DNA of 64,000 nt from Paraspadella gotoi (lineage: Eukaryota; Animalia; Chaetognatha), in contig CM119264.1 in assembly GCA_051294375.1 (NCBI GenBank), forward strand, positions 9,298,764-9,362,763, in the 5' to 3' direction. The notes beneath the pieces were generated by a model. That model made no database searches. It was not told the DNA's origin and saw only the letters and a program-made list of their open reading frames with translations. The position numbers and the translations under genes are program-made. Positions 1 through 21,744 of the stretch are shown here, in pieces (position 1 is the stretch's first letter; each line of letters starts with the position of its first letter).

Positions 1-612
1 GTAAGTTCAATAGTATTTTCATTGCTTGAATGTGAAGCTTATCGACTTTGTCCCATTGTTGTTGTGTCATATTAATCCATGCCAATGCTAGAGTATTGGA
101 AAAGGAAACTGTAAGAGATTTGTAAATTGTCATTGAGATGTTATGGTTACTATCATTTAAGTGTTTTTGCTATTTTCTTGATCATTAGTACTTTGGACCA
201 TGCTTTTGCAATTACATGAATCGATGTAGTTACCCCAATTAAGTTTTTCATCTAGATCTACTCCAAGTAACTTAAGTGTTGATTTTCTGATGACCAAGTC
301 ATCTCCTATTTTAAATTTCAAAGTTCTCATCATAATGATTTTGGCATCTACTGAACAGAGTTGTGATGGACTTTCCCGGTGACAGTGTTAGTTGCCATTC
401 ATAGCACCATTTTACAACTTTATCAAGGACCGGTTGTATCTTTTTTGCTGCGATCCTTGCAGTTTTACCACTTGCCCAATGGTTGTGTCATCAGCATATT
501 TAGCACTTCTGACGTTTTTAACCAATGATAAGGCCGGTAGGTCTTCAACATATAGAATGAAAGATCTGGACTTAGGATGCCGCCTTGAGGTGCTCCCTTT
601 CCCAGAACCTTG
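1..612 (-). mobile_element. Non-LTR (LINE) retrotransposon reverse transcriptase fragment, frameshifted and 5'-truncated; runs off the window start
   Basis: Minus-strand translation across frameshifts gives GKGAPQGGILSPDL / FILYVEDLP...SAKYADDTTI / WASGK...IQPVLDKVVKWCYEWQLTLSPGKS / LKLLGVDLDEKLNW. These are the PQG..LSP, YADD (487-498) and LG..D..L.W motifs of LINE RTs. Confidence 0.92.
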
Positions 613-625
613 ATTCAGACACTAG

Positions 626-628
<3 letters not shown>

Positions 629-663
<35 letters not shown>
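629..663. repeat. (GA)n microsatellite next to the RT truncation point
   Basis: Direct reading of the sequence. Confidence 0.95.
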
Positions 664-668
<5 letters not shown>

Positions 669-1217
669 TTTAAGACTGAGAGTTCAAACTTAGAGAAAAA
701 CGATCGAAGAGAAAGAAAAGAAAGAAAGGCGACAAAAAAAATTGCATATCAGGAACAATAGAAGAATTAATATTAATTAAAATTAACGGATAAATATAAA
801 AAGAAAGAATAAGAACGAAAGGCGTGGGAAGGCAAGAAGAATTGCTTATTGACAAGATTCCATACATTTTAATTAAATCAAATTCTTTCTGTTAATTATC
901 CGGACGACCAGAGACAAAAAAAGTCGCAAACGTTTTTTAAAGACTTTCTCTCTCGTAAATTTTTTTAGTGAGGTCATTCTCTATTTTTATAATTTTCCGA
1001 AAGCTCACACAATTAAATGGTGATCGGGTTGTTGTTATTTCATCGCGATAATTTTCCAAATCACTTTGATATCAAACTCACAGACGCCGCATTCTCGATC
1101 GCTGAAGCTTGTCCTCGATCCTCCCTCGATATTCGTCCACCACATTGACGAATCCTCTGCAGTCAAAAAAAAAAAAAGTAAAATAAAAGAAAGAACAAAT
1201 AGCAACTGGACTTCCGT

Positions 1218-1516
1218 TAGGAGAGAGTGAGAGAGAGAGAATTTCGCCCGGTGGAATACAGATCGGGATTCCTCGAAAACTGATAGGCGAAAAGAAAAAA
1301 AAAAAGGAGAGAGTATAAAACATCTTCTCATTACTTTCTTACTTCCCCCCCTCCCGCTCCCCCTTGTTTTTCTTCCTTTTTTATATCGGACCTGGAATTC
1401 GCTTAAATTTGTTTCGCGAATTCTACGCACACACATAAACCGGTGGCTAAACAAATAAACAAAACAGAAATAGAAAAACGCGGAGGAGAGAGAGATATGA
1501 AAGCGACAAGAGAGAA

Positions 1517-1572
<56 letters not shown>

Positions 1573-1959
1573 GTTATTCCAAATTAAAAGTTTAAAAAGA
1601 ACAAAGAAAAGCTAAAACATGGACTACGNNNNNNNNNNNNNNNNNNNNNNNNNATCCTTTAGGAGAGAGTGAGAGAGAGAGAATTTGCCCCGGTGGAATA
1701 CAGATCGGGATCCTCGAAACTGATAGGCGAAAGAAAAAAAAAAAAGGAGAGAGTATAAACATCTTCTCCATTACTTTCTTACTCCCCCCCCCTCCCCGCT
1801 CCCCCTTGTTTTTCTTCCTTTTTATATCGGACCTGAATTCGCTTAAATTTGTTTCGCGAATCTACGCACACACATAAACCGGTGGCTAAACAAATAAACA
1901 AAACAGAAATAGAAAAACGCGGAGGAGAGAGAGATATGAAAGCGACAAGAGAGAAAGGA

Positions 1960-2001
<42 letters not shown>

Positions 2002-2085
2002 AGAGAGAGAGAGAAGAGAGAGAGAAATAGTTATTCCAAATTAAAAGTTTAAAAAGAACAAAGAAAAGCTAAAACATGGACTACG
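1218..2085. repeat. ~410-bp direct duplication flanking a 25-N gap (1218-1628 vs 1660-2085)
   Basis: The same sequence taggagagagtgag...catggactacg lies on both sides of the Ns at 1629-1653 and differs mostly by 1-nt indels; likely a gap-overlap artefact. Confidence 0.9.
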
Positions 2086-2134
2086 AAAACAATAACAACC
2101 ACAACAACAACAACAAGGCCGCGAATAAATATTT

Positions 2135-3447
2135 CTCACGAATTCTTCCTGGACGCGTATTTCGATCCGGCTCCGACTTCGTTTCCGCTCGATTCTTCGG
2201 CGCCGCCTACGATTCCGCAGTCTTCCGACGAAACGGCGCCCTCTACAACGAAGCCCCCAGCGCCCTCCGTCTTTTTGTCGCCGTTCGAGTCACGAGTTAG
2301 TTCGATGTTTGCGACGGGAAGGCGCCGGGGTAATCGCGATCATGGCGCGACTGGGACTAGCGCTCTTCTTGGCGCCTTGATTGGCGTTTTGATTGGCGTT
2401 ATCGCTGGCGCTTTGATTGTTTTGATTTCGGCTTATCGTCGAAGTCGTCGTCGAGACGGAAGTGTCGGCCTCCGAGTTGATGCCGATTAGAGGCTTCGCC
2501 TCGTCGCGTTCGTCGTCTCGAACTCCGTCGCCGTCGACGTGGACGTCGTCGCCGGTTGCCATCGCTCGCACTCGGAATCGTCGAGAAGGTCGAGGGCTGA
2601 AAGATCGAGACCGAAGAAAAAGAGAAAGAATGAAAAATGGTTGGAGAAACGAATACAAAGGCAAATAGTATCTATGGAAAGTAATAAAAAAGAATTATTG
2701 CAAAAGCAAGAAAACGGGTAAACAAAGATATTCATTTGGAAGACAAAAGCATATTTGTGAAAGAAAAAAAAAAGATATTGAAATAAAAAATAAACTCTGA
2801 TTCTCGTCAAAGAAAAAACGGTGATTTATAAATTAACTAGCTTTTTAATCTATAATCAATTGGTTATATGTGGAAGACAAATCCTACCGTCGACGGATTC
2901 CGGTAAGAATCCGGCGCGAATCAACCACTCAATCGTAGCCAGACTTTTTAAGCGGGTTATGTCTGCAAATTAGTTTTAATTATTTATTTATTTATTTATT
3001 TAATTATTTTAGTTTAATTAGTTTAATTATTTAATTATTTATTTATTTATTTAATTATTTGTTTTTTTTACTTTTTTAACGGGTTATGTCTGCAAAGTTA
3101 GTTTAATTATTTAGTTTTGTTCTTCTTTTACTTTTTTAATGGGTTATGTCTGCAAAGTTAGTTTAATTATTCAGTTTTGTTCTTTTTTACTTTTTTAATG
3201 GGTTATGTCTGCAAAGTTAGTTTAATTATTTAGTTTTGTTCTTTTTTTACTTTTTAAGCTGGTTATGTCTTGCAAAGTTAGTTTAATTATTCAGTTTTGT
3301 TCTTTTTTTACTTTTTTTCTCGATTTTTAAATTATTTATCTTACGCGTTGAAATTGACGTTCAGATATTCCGGAGGACACGGGTCAGGGCATTCCGGCAA
3401 ATTTCCTCCCATGTATTGAAGTAGCCGCGAAACAACCAATAAATTCC
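2135..3447 (-). pseudogene. Frameshifted duplicate of the last three exons of the IAD-like gene
   Basis: Same exons as in 4381-5686, but each carries 1-2 nt indels (e.g. gccgcg vs gccggcg, ctcaatc vs ctcgtaatc). Either a pseudo-copy or an error-rich assembly copy. Confidence 0.55.
2954..3318. repeat. ~60-bp minisatellite (gggttatgtctgcaaagttagtttaattatt...), copy 1
   Basis: Five occurrences of the core ggttatgtct(t)gcaaa; four are spaced about 60 bp apart. Confidence 0.92.
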
Positions 3448-4198
3448 TGATGAATAAGTACTATTAGAAGTTTTCGTCGTCTTGATCATCATCATCAATT
3501 ATATCATCATCATTACACATGTACATTGTACAATCATGGTCAGCATCATCCTCATTATCACTTTCATCGTCATCATCGTCATCATCATCATCATCATCAT
3601 CATCATCACATCATCATCATTTTTTTCACCTGCAACTGAAACGACAACTAAAGAACTCTGGAACTTAATCATATCATTCCTGTTCTTTTATTTCACCAAG
3701 ACTCTCGTATTCTCTCATTGCTCAGACCAAATACGACCAACTTGCAATTCCGATATCGATTTTTGTTTCAACGACGATGCCATCGTCGCTGTCACCACCG
3801 CCCCACCGCCACGCCACCGCCAACGCCACCGCCACCACGCATCGATTCTCAGGCGCGTAAAACTTCGTGCTACTCGTACTCACCATCCTTTCTTTCCGCT
3901 ACCTCACCCTTCAAGAGTTCTTATCCTTCCATCGAGATAATTTCCCCTTTTCATTTCCATCCGACTTTCATTTCAGTTCCATCGGAGAAAACCATCCCAC
4001 TTCACCAGCCCCCCCTCTCTCCTCCCCTCCCCACTCCAAAGCTTCGGCTGAAGGCCGGGTCGTCCCGGGTTCGAGACCCTTTGAACCGATCGGTAATCCG
4101 CGAAAGAAGTTCGGGAACAAACGGCCTCCGCCCGGGAGACGCGAGGCCGATAAAAGAATGAGACCTCGTTTTCGCAAACTGTTTTTCGTTAGTTATAC

Positions 4199-4229
<31 letters not shown>

Positions 4230-4380
4230 CTCTCGCTGTTTTATTGTTGTTATTACTATCGGCACTATTTATGCGACTATTTTCCGTTTTTCTAAGTAGT
4301 TCTTACGTCGCTTCATATATCTCTCTCTTTAAAACAATAACAACCACAACAACAACAACAAGGCCGCGAATAAATATTTC

Positions 4381-13233
<8,853 letters not shown>

Positions 13234-14983
13234 TCCCGACTTCTATCTGAAAACGTGCAAACTTCTTCTTACGGAAAATTCACAAAAAAGAGGAAACTGG
13301 AAAAAAGAGGAGAGATGGTATGTGTAAACATCTTTGCAGCATTTCCAAGCTGCATTACTTGTTTTCACTGTTGCTTGGCCTATTTATTTTTGATATTGAA
13401 AACTAAAAAAAATTTTAAAAATTAAAATCAATAACGATTAGTTATTGATATCCATATAATTTATTACAACATATGTTGTATATTTAACGAAAAGGGCTAT
13501 GTAAAAATCTGTTCAACTGTTTTTTTTTTTGGAAGACGAAAAACCTTAAAGACCAAAAGACAAGCGACCCGCACTCGCCTTTTGTTTTTGTTGGTAATTA
13601 ACTCGTCCGTGCTTTCCAGTTTTTTTTTTGTTTCCGTAAAAAGAAAAAAACGCGTTTCTAATGAGGAACCGCCATCTCGCGAGAAAAAAAAAACTAATTG
13701 CGAATCAAAAACATAAAAAAAAATAAACATAAAAAGTTTAAGTAACGAAAAAATCTAGAAAGATTTATCCTTAAGAATTGATTTTATGTCTAAAATCTTT
13801 CGCGACTATATTTGATTAAATAATGATTTAACGGATGTCTTTTGCGCCTTGTGAACATTCTGTGACAAAAAAAGTAAAAAAGAAGAAAAAAAAAAAAAAA
13901 CCAACAATAAAACAAGTTTGAGCAAACAATGTCGGATCTTCCTTCGATAATTAAGCGGTAATCAACTTATTAGATGATAAATCACGATATTTTTTTCAAT
14001 TTGTGATCCTAACTGATCATAACAGATCGTACCATACCAAACCAATGGCTGCGTCAATACAAGTAAATCGCTTGCAAGGGATTAAGCTGAACTGTTACTA
14101 TGCTAAAAACAAATAATTTTTTATCTATTATCATTTTTTCAACTTGCAGCATTTGTTTCACTCGCTGATCGCGGCCCTTCGCCCTTTCGCTTCGGCTTCT
14201 ACCATCGGATCTCATGGGCGCCATCTATAATAAGTTCCTCGCCCCGCCCTGCAACAAAGTTGAGTTTGACGAATTGAAAATTTGAGGAGAAACCAATTTG
14301 AAGAGGGAAGGAATAAGAGCTGGAAACGTCACATTTCTGCTTCCTGATTACCACCTCCTTACCTCTGCCTTCAGTCGACTCACCTTCTTCTCCTTCTCGT
14401 TTTTTCAACACCCCACCCAATTTTTCTCGCCATTCCCTTACCAGCGGTGACTCGGCTATTTTGGGCAAATTGAAGAAAAGCCAAGGTCCAGACCCAGGAG
14501 AGACAAAACGGGTCAAAGATCTGGCGAGAAAAGGTTGGAAGGAGCGAGCGACGACGACGACGACGACGACGACAACGCTACGAACAGCAAACGTTTTTTG
14601 CGAGTTTATTGAGGCTTCCGATGACATTTACGACAAAGTTTATCACGATTGTTTTTAATGAATTTTTCTACAATCCTTTTTTGCAAAATTTCGACGTTTC
14701 ATGATGAACTATATTTTTTTCTCTTTTATTTCACGTTCTCTCTAAAGCCTGCGCCGAATTTAACTAAAATAAAATAAAGGCCGAAATTATCGTAATAAAA
14801 GTTGACTAAAAAAATTTAAAAAAACTAAATTTATTGATTAGATGCACATACAAGGGTTAGAACTCAGTATTTGAAAAAAAGTTTTGCTTTTATTTAAAAA
14901 AAAACAAACGGAAATATTTAAGGGCTGCAAAATAAGTCACACAAAAACGACCGAAATCGCGAAACTGCGCCGAGGACGCCGTT

Positions 14984-15210
14984 GCCGACGCAAATTCTGT
15001 CGCCGACGTAGAAAATAATCCCCAGAATCGTAACCACTATCGGATTTGCCGACGCAATCCCTTCTCTGTTACACGTAAAAGTTTTTATCGACTAATCTTC
15101 GTTACTTTTTTTATTTTGCCGACCCAGCCTGAATTTTTTTTTTATTTTGCCGACGCAGTCGGAATTTTTTTGTTATTTTGCCGACGCAGCCGGAATTTTT
15201 TTTTTTTTAC
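14984..15210. repeat. Cluster of six GCCGAC(G/C)(C/T)A motifs, the last three as a 31-bp tandem repeat
   Basis: Motifs at about 14984, 15002, 15048, 15118, 15149 and 15180. Confidence 0.7.
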
Positions 15211-15397
15211 CAATTCGAGTAGCTGCTCAACGAATCCACTCAGGTTCACGATAGGCAGTCACAACAATTTGTCGGTACGCCCCTCCCTCACCCAAAAACA
15301 ATGACTTTTTGAGATTGACACCGCCGACCTTCGACGTTCACCGCAGCTTTCGTCACGTTCACCGCCGTCGATCGTCATTTGCCCACCGTCTCGGGCT

Positions 15398-16379
15398 TCA
15401 CACGCTGACGCCCTGAAGAATTCCGGTCTTCAGTTCGTCCGGAGTTAAATTGGGGAGAATCTCAGTTTCGAATTCCCAAGTGTTGAGCTCCTCGCCTTTA
15501 AGAAAAAGGAAAAAAATGAGCTAATGAATTAAATTATTTGTTAATTAATCAATTAAACAACGAAAAAATAATGAAAAAATGAAGATAGTAATGAAAATGA
15601 ATAGATGAAAGAATTAAGTGATAAAAAAAAGAAGATTTATTTAATGAATAATTGAAAGAGTCAAAGAATCAATCTAATGGTAATTAGTGAAGACACGTAG
15701 AAAAAAATAGTCAATAACTCTTTCTCAATTTTCATACATACCAATACATACCAAATACTAAATAAGCGCTTAGTAAGTGTCCCCCCCCCTCCTATTTTTC
15801 GGATCCCACCTTCTCTGACGTGCTTCATGAGGATCTTCCTTCTGTTCTCGCAATAATCCGATTTGTTGATTATCGTCGTTTTGATCTCCCGTTCTTTCGT
15901 CTCCGCGGAAAATTTGTTCTCCAGCAGTTCTGTCGGGAGACAAATTGAATCGCGGGGAGAGAGGGGAGTGGAGGGGAGGCAATGGAACAAGGGAAAAGAA
16001 AAATAAAAGAGGAAGAAAGAAAGAAAGAAGGAAAAAGAAAAATAAAAGTGGCAGAAAGAAAGAAAGAAAGAAGGAAAAAGAAAAATAAAAGAGGCAGAAA
16101 GAAAGAAGGAAAAATAAAAAAAGAAAGCAGGATAGATAGAATAAAAAAGTTAAAATTGAACGAAAAAGTAAAAAGACGACAAGAAATAACGAAAAAAAAA
16201 GAACGGAAAAAAAAAGCGAAAGATATACAGAAAGATAAAGAGAAAAAAATTCAAGGGAAATAAAAAGCAAGAGGAAAAAAACAAGAATACAAACATAAAC
16301 AAAAGGACATTGGAAAAAGTCGGCAGCTTCGCGTGTGAATCCGACTCTCTTCCTCATATGGAGTTTTACGACGCCCGCT

Positions 16380-16429
<50 letters not shown>

Positions 16430-16644
16430 CCCCCACCAGACAGGTTCTCGACGGCCAGTTCCAAATCCTTCTGGTTGTCCTCGAAAATGTGACACTCGTT
16501 GTTCTTTTTGAGAAAATAAGCGAAGACGTAGGTGAAGGCAAGAGTTCGTCGGCATCTGAGTGGAAGAGGAATGAGGAGTAAGAAAAGAAAAATAAAGTCA
16601 TCCGTCAGAAGGGAAAAAAATTGTAACTAGCTGTTTCATTTCTT

Positions 16645-16679
<35 letters not shown>

Positions 16680-19329
16680 TACCGAAATAGAGAGAAAGCG
16701 GCGGGGAAAAAAAAACGAGGAAATATGACGTGCGAGGCGGGGAATAAATGCATATTTGAAGGGAGAGGAATGGAGATGCGACCGTTTCAAAATCGGGCAT
16801 AAATAATACACAACGCGCCGCGCCATTTTTTTCTCGTCTATCTTCGAGTAATCTTCGACCCACCCCTCAACCTCCTTTATCATTCCTACACCCCGGCCCC
16901 GCCCTTTCTCGTCAGCCGGAAAAAAAAAAAAACCCGTTCGGGCGGGGCTCGTCAAAAAAAAAAAAAAAAAAAGGGGGGGAACGGGAGTAAGGGATCCGAC
17001 GATTCATCGAGGGCGCGAAAAGTGGGGGGAGGGTGGTTCGAGTCGTTCGAGGGGGGGAGGTAAGGGAGGGGTGGAGAGGAATTGGCGAGGCGTTGGCGAT
17101 AGTGCTTGGCGTGACGCTTTTTTTAAAATTCTCATAAGATCGATCCTTTCGTGTGACGCCGTCATTTGCTATTCATTGTTTTTTTTTCCATCCTCCGCTC
17201 CGGTTAACTTAATTAATTCTCGCTCGCAAGAAGGGGGTAACGATCGGAAACACGATGCGAAATATTACTTATTAAAATACAATCGAAGGAATTAATATAT
17301 TCATCCGAATTCATCGACAAGCGATGATGCCGTCGAATGAAAACTTACTAATTAACATATCTCAGACAAGCGATAGCGGATTTCTCGGACAGAAGTTTCT
17401 CAAGAAGAATAAGAATAAATGACGAATATGAACAAAGGAAAAGCGACTGACTTGATGAGGTTGGTTACTCCCCTCCGGATGTAGACAAAGTCGGAAAGAG
17501 AGAGGACGCCGTTCTCTTGAAGGATCATCATCGTCGACTCCACCTTCGTCGTCAACTTCGAAGTCGAAGAATTATATTTAATTATATCATACTATAATTA
17601 AAAATGACAGCTAATGATTTGAATGTCATAAAACCCAAAAAATAAGATTTCGACTCACATTGTCTTCAAACTTTAGCGAACTCATGTGATTCTTAAATCG
17701 ATTGGAGTAAAACAAAAATCGTTCCATCTCGTATCTGCGATTCGACTGAGCGTCCCTCGCGTCGCGCGCCTCTGCCGACTGGAATCTAGGGGTAAAAACA
17801 AAAACAAAACAACAAACAATAAACAAAAGGACAATAAAGAGAAATAAAAGTAAAACTTTGCATATGAGATGTGGCAAAAAATATTCCGAAATTTGAGGAA
17901 AAGTTTAAAAAATTAACAGATGGTCGACTCTCTCGATCATTCGCCCCGTCAAACGAAACCGTCATAGAATGCAGTGACTCACATGTTGCATCTGTACCAC
18001 GTGTTTCCGTGCGGCGCCCACGGGCCCAAGCAGATCCAACAAAATTCGTATCTAGAAGCGAAATTAAGAAAGAGATTTAAATTATAATATTTATTACTTG
18101 ATAGATTCTAAAGAGAGGCAAAAAATAAAATAAAATAATATAAAAAACAGGGCGAGGCGACCGGAAAAGCGTAGGTGGACGAAATGAAATATCAAGAATA
18201 AATGACAACTTTGTTTTAGTCGCGTGCTTAGACATGTTTATCGGTGGTCGGCGTGGATATCGACCCCGCCCTCGATCCCACGCATGCGCGCACCCGAGTC
18301 GCATTTCGAGTTTCCCTTTTTTTTCTCAAAACCAAATTCCATTAACCAAAAAGGACAATAACAATCACAACAACAACCATCTCTGAACTTTCGTGATCGA
18401 AATTTCTAGTCGGCTGTCGCTCATATCGAGCGACGTAATCCAAATCTGACGCGTTATCGTCTTTCGATATAACGCTACGTGGGCGTCGTCGTCGCAGCCT
18501 CGTTGTTGTCATTGGATCGACAAAGTTGTGGTATCGACGTCGTCGTCATTGAGCTCATTGTAAAAGCGTAAAAGCGGCGAGGCGCTCGACATCGAAACTG
18601 TCTTCCTCAAACGTCGTCGTCGTCGTCGTCGTCGTTGCTCTTAACCTGCAACTGGGCATCCGACAAGTCATGTGATTGCAGCCTCCGTTCTTCTCAATCA
18701 CCGTCTGACATTTGGGGCATTCTTTTGTGTTGTTCAGAAACCAGTTGCCGGTTTCGCTGAAAAAAAAAAATGAATCAATATTTTTTTATTTAAAAAAAAA
18801 ATGTATTCATATTTTTTATTGAAAAAAAAAACAAAAAAAAACAGAAAATCTCATTTTCAGTCGAACGAATAAAATTTGATTAAAAAAAAAAAATTGACAA
18901 AAAAAACTGTTAAATGACATATTTAACAAACAAACAAACAAACAAACAAGGGAGAAATCTCGGTTGACGGACTTGTCCTTGGCGACCTTGGCGTTCCAGA
19001 TCTTTTGAATGTCGCAGTCGATCGGGTCGTGGACGTCGCCGCCGCAGGAGAAGCAGAAGACGAGGCCGCAGTGGCAGCGGACGGCACCGTGGGCTAAGAG
19101 GCTAATCGAGAGTGAGAAGGGAGACGGGGATGACAACGAACGGAACGATGGTTCGAAAATGACAACACACAAACACACAAAACAAAACGGTGTGACTGAC
19201 TTGGTCTGGAGGACGTAAGCGCATTCGGGCGCCGGGCAAAACTTCATCAGTCGATGGCAGCTGACGAACTCTTCGATGATTCGCTTCTCGTAGCGAGTTC
19301 GGACTTTGGGGTCTGGAAAGAAGTGGAAA

Positions 19330-19367
<38 letters not shown>

Positions 19368-21744
19368 AGCTCACCCTGAATCAACTTTAGAACCAAATCG
19401 TCATCCACAAGAATCTCGCAATCAAATCCGGGACATTGGATAAACGAAGCCATTCCTTCGTGAACGATTTTTCCTGCGTTTTAAAACTTGTTCAATTTCT
19501 CTCTCCATCTCTCTCTTGAGCGCTTTTTAACGCTTTATATAAAAAAAGGCAGAGAAAAAAAAATTATTACATGTCTATAGACGTTTTTATCGGCCAATGT
19601 CAGAAAATATCTTTTTATTAGTTTGAAATGTGAGCCTTCGCTAAAAGTTAAAACTAATCATTGTCAAAGTAATAACCTTCCTTATTCTTCTCTCTCTCTC
19701 CCTCTCTCTCTATCTCAATTTTTTTTTCAACTACATCGTAAAACTTTTGGGAGCGCAAATAAGTTGACAAATGCGGTGGACCGAACAAAAAAACAAAAAA
19801 ACGTGATGAGCAACGAAAGGACAAAATAAAAAGAAACGAAGGGGGAATAGTCGTGTAACTTCGTGATATCACGCATCTGTGACCGCGAACGACGTTTTTT
19901 TTTCTTTTCATTACGAAAAAAAATGGTTTTATCGATATCATAAAACGTAGAATATCCAACTAAACCCATAATAACAGAAACTTCGTCGCTATTTCTTTTT
20001 TTATGGGTGGAGAAGAAGAATAAGAAAGGGAAGAAAAAAGAAAGAGAGGAAAGATCGGAAGAAAAAAAAAAGAGAGAGTTGAGCTGAGAGAGAGAGACGG
20101 CTTTAGTCTAGAGAAACAAGGAGAAAATTCAAGAGCAAAGAAAGCACCAGGTCTCGACGCGGATTCCGCCTCCGAATTCGCACCTGTCAAGTAGTCGACC
20201 CAACACTGCGTGCAGAAGACGTGTCCGCACCCGTTGGAGACGAAGGGCGAGGCGCCTTCCTCGTCCAAGGAGGTGTAGCAGATGGGACAATCTGTCACGT
20301 CTGATGACAGAGAAGACGGGGACAAAGTTGACACAAAGTTTGAAATCTATCGAGAGACAAAGATTAATCGAGAGAAGAAAAAGGCTCGAGGTCTGAGAAA
20401 GTAAAACGGGAATGAGAGGTAGAAAAGAGGGAAGCGATAAAGTTGGGGCGAAATAAAATGGTAAGAAACTTGTTTATATATTTAATGTTTTTTTTATTTA
20501 AATAATCTATAAAGAACCATTTCTGGCTAATTTTACGAGAGAGCATCCGCTGTTAAGAGTTCATTGACCTCGTAAAAAGGAATTAAAGTAAATAACAAAT
20601 GATTAATAAAGCAAATAATCATTTTTAAGAATGATTAAATGATTGAGATGACGGAATCTTCCGCGTGACTTACCCGTCAAGGGAGCGATGGACAAAGATG
20701 GTGTGATGGTCGCCAAACTACACTTTTCCGCCGGACCCGAACAAGAGGCACTGAATCCCATGACCGAGTCGGCGCGGAAGTTCCTCGGCATCGCGGCCCC
20801 AGCGTCGGCGAAGAACTTGGGAAGATCGCCAAAGTACCGGTCGTTGAAGGCGTCCTCGAGAGAGAAATACAATCGAAATACAATCTTCGTCCTTTCCTTG
20901 TTTTTTTTTCCCTTCATTCTCAATGAGTATTTTTTTCCATTTTGCTTAATTTTTATGAAAATACTTATCTTTTTTAATCAGTCAATATTTATATAAACAT
21001 TTTTTTAAAAATTTTTAGGGATGAAAACGGGTTTAAATTGTTTGTTTTAGCTATATTTCACTTAAATAAGAGAACTTAACCAGCTTTCTTTGATATCGAA
21101 TTTTGATATTTTTCTACAATTTTTTTTGCATCTAATTGTTTTATAAAATCGATAGAACGAAAAAAATTAGCGAGCGAATTTGCAGTTTTTTTTTTATCTT
21201 GGGGCATAGCATTATATCAAATAAAAAAACTTAATGGGGCACAAGAGGTCATATATATCATACAATGTATTAGCCTAATATCATATATATATATATACAT
21301 ATATATCTATACATATATATCATACAATGTATTAGCCTAATATCCCATTTGCTAAAATCCCAAGAAATTCTCACCCTGTCCCACTTGACGTGATTGAGAA
21401 GAACCCTGGCGGTCGTTTCTTTGAGCTCCGTGAGTTCGGTGACCCTGTTGATTGTTGATCCCATGATGGCGACGACGTCGGTCGGGGTCAAAACTTTGTA
21501 GTCCGTGTCAAACTCTGGAGAGAGGGAAAATTTTCGAGGTGGGGGCTTTTAAAGGTTGCCTTCGAATTGCTAAAAAAAATAAAAGGTTTTTGATGGCATT
21601 TAAAATTGTTTTTATAAACATTATAGGTATCTTTAAATAGGAAGTAAAATAGGAAGAAAAACCTTCTTCGAAGGGAACGGTTTCATCTTGCGCGTTTGTA
21701 GTTTGTGATTTGTCGCTGGCGAATTTCTTCAACTCCGGTTCCAT
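15398..21744 (-). CDS. ARIH1: Ariadne-1-like RBR E3 ubiquitin ligase, 14 exons, ~535 aa
   Basis: Exons 21744-21663, 21514-21375 (UBA-like YKVLT...[11 protein letters not shown]), 20854-20674, 20300-20184 (RING1 CPIC...[10 protein letters not shown]), 19473-19375 (IQCPGFDC), 19312-19201 and 19101-18973 ([26 protein letters not shown]), 18756-18646 (RING2 [19 protein letters not shown]), 18051-17983 ([15 protein letters not shown]), 17785-17659, 17555-17452, 16555-16437 (Ariadne domain [25 protein letters not shown]), 15929-15810, 15495-15398 (stop). All phases are consistent, giving 1608 nt. The first exon is the least certain. Confidence 0.95.

Noticed and set aside
1218-2085. Biological tandem duplication around the first N gap
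   Set aside because: The copies end exactly at the gap and differ by homopolymer indels, as expected for an unmerged contig overlap.
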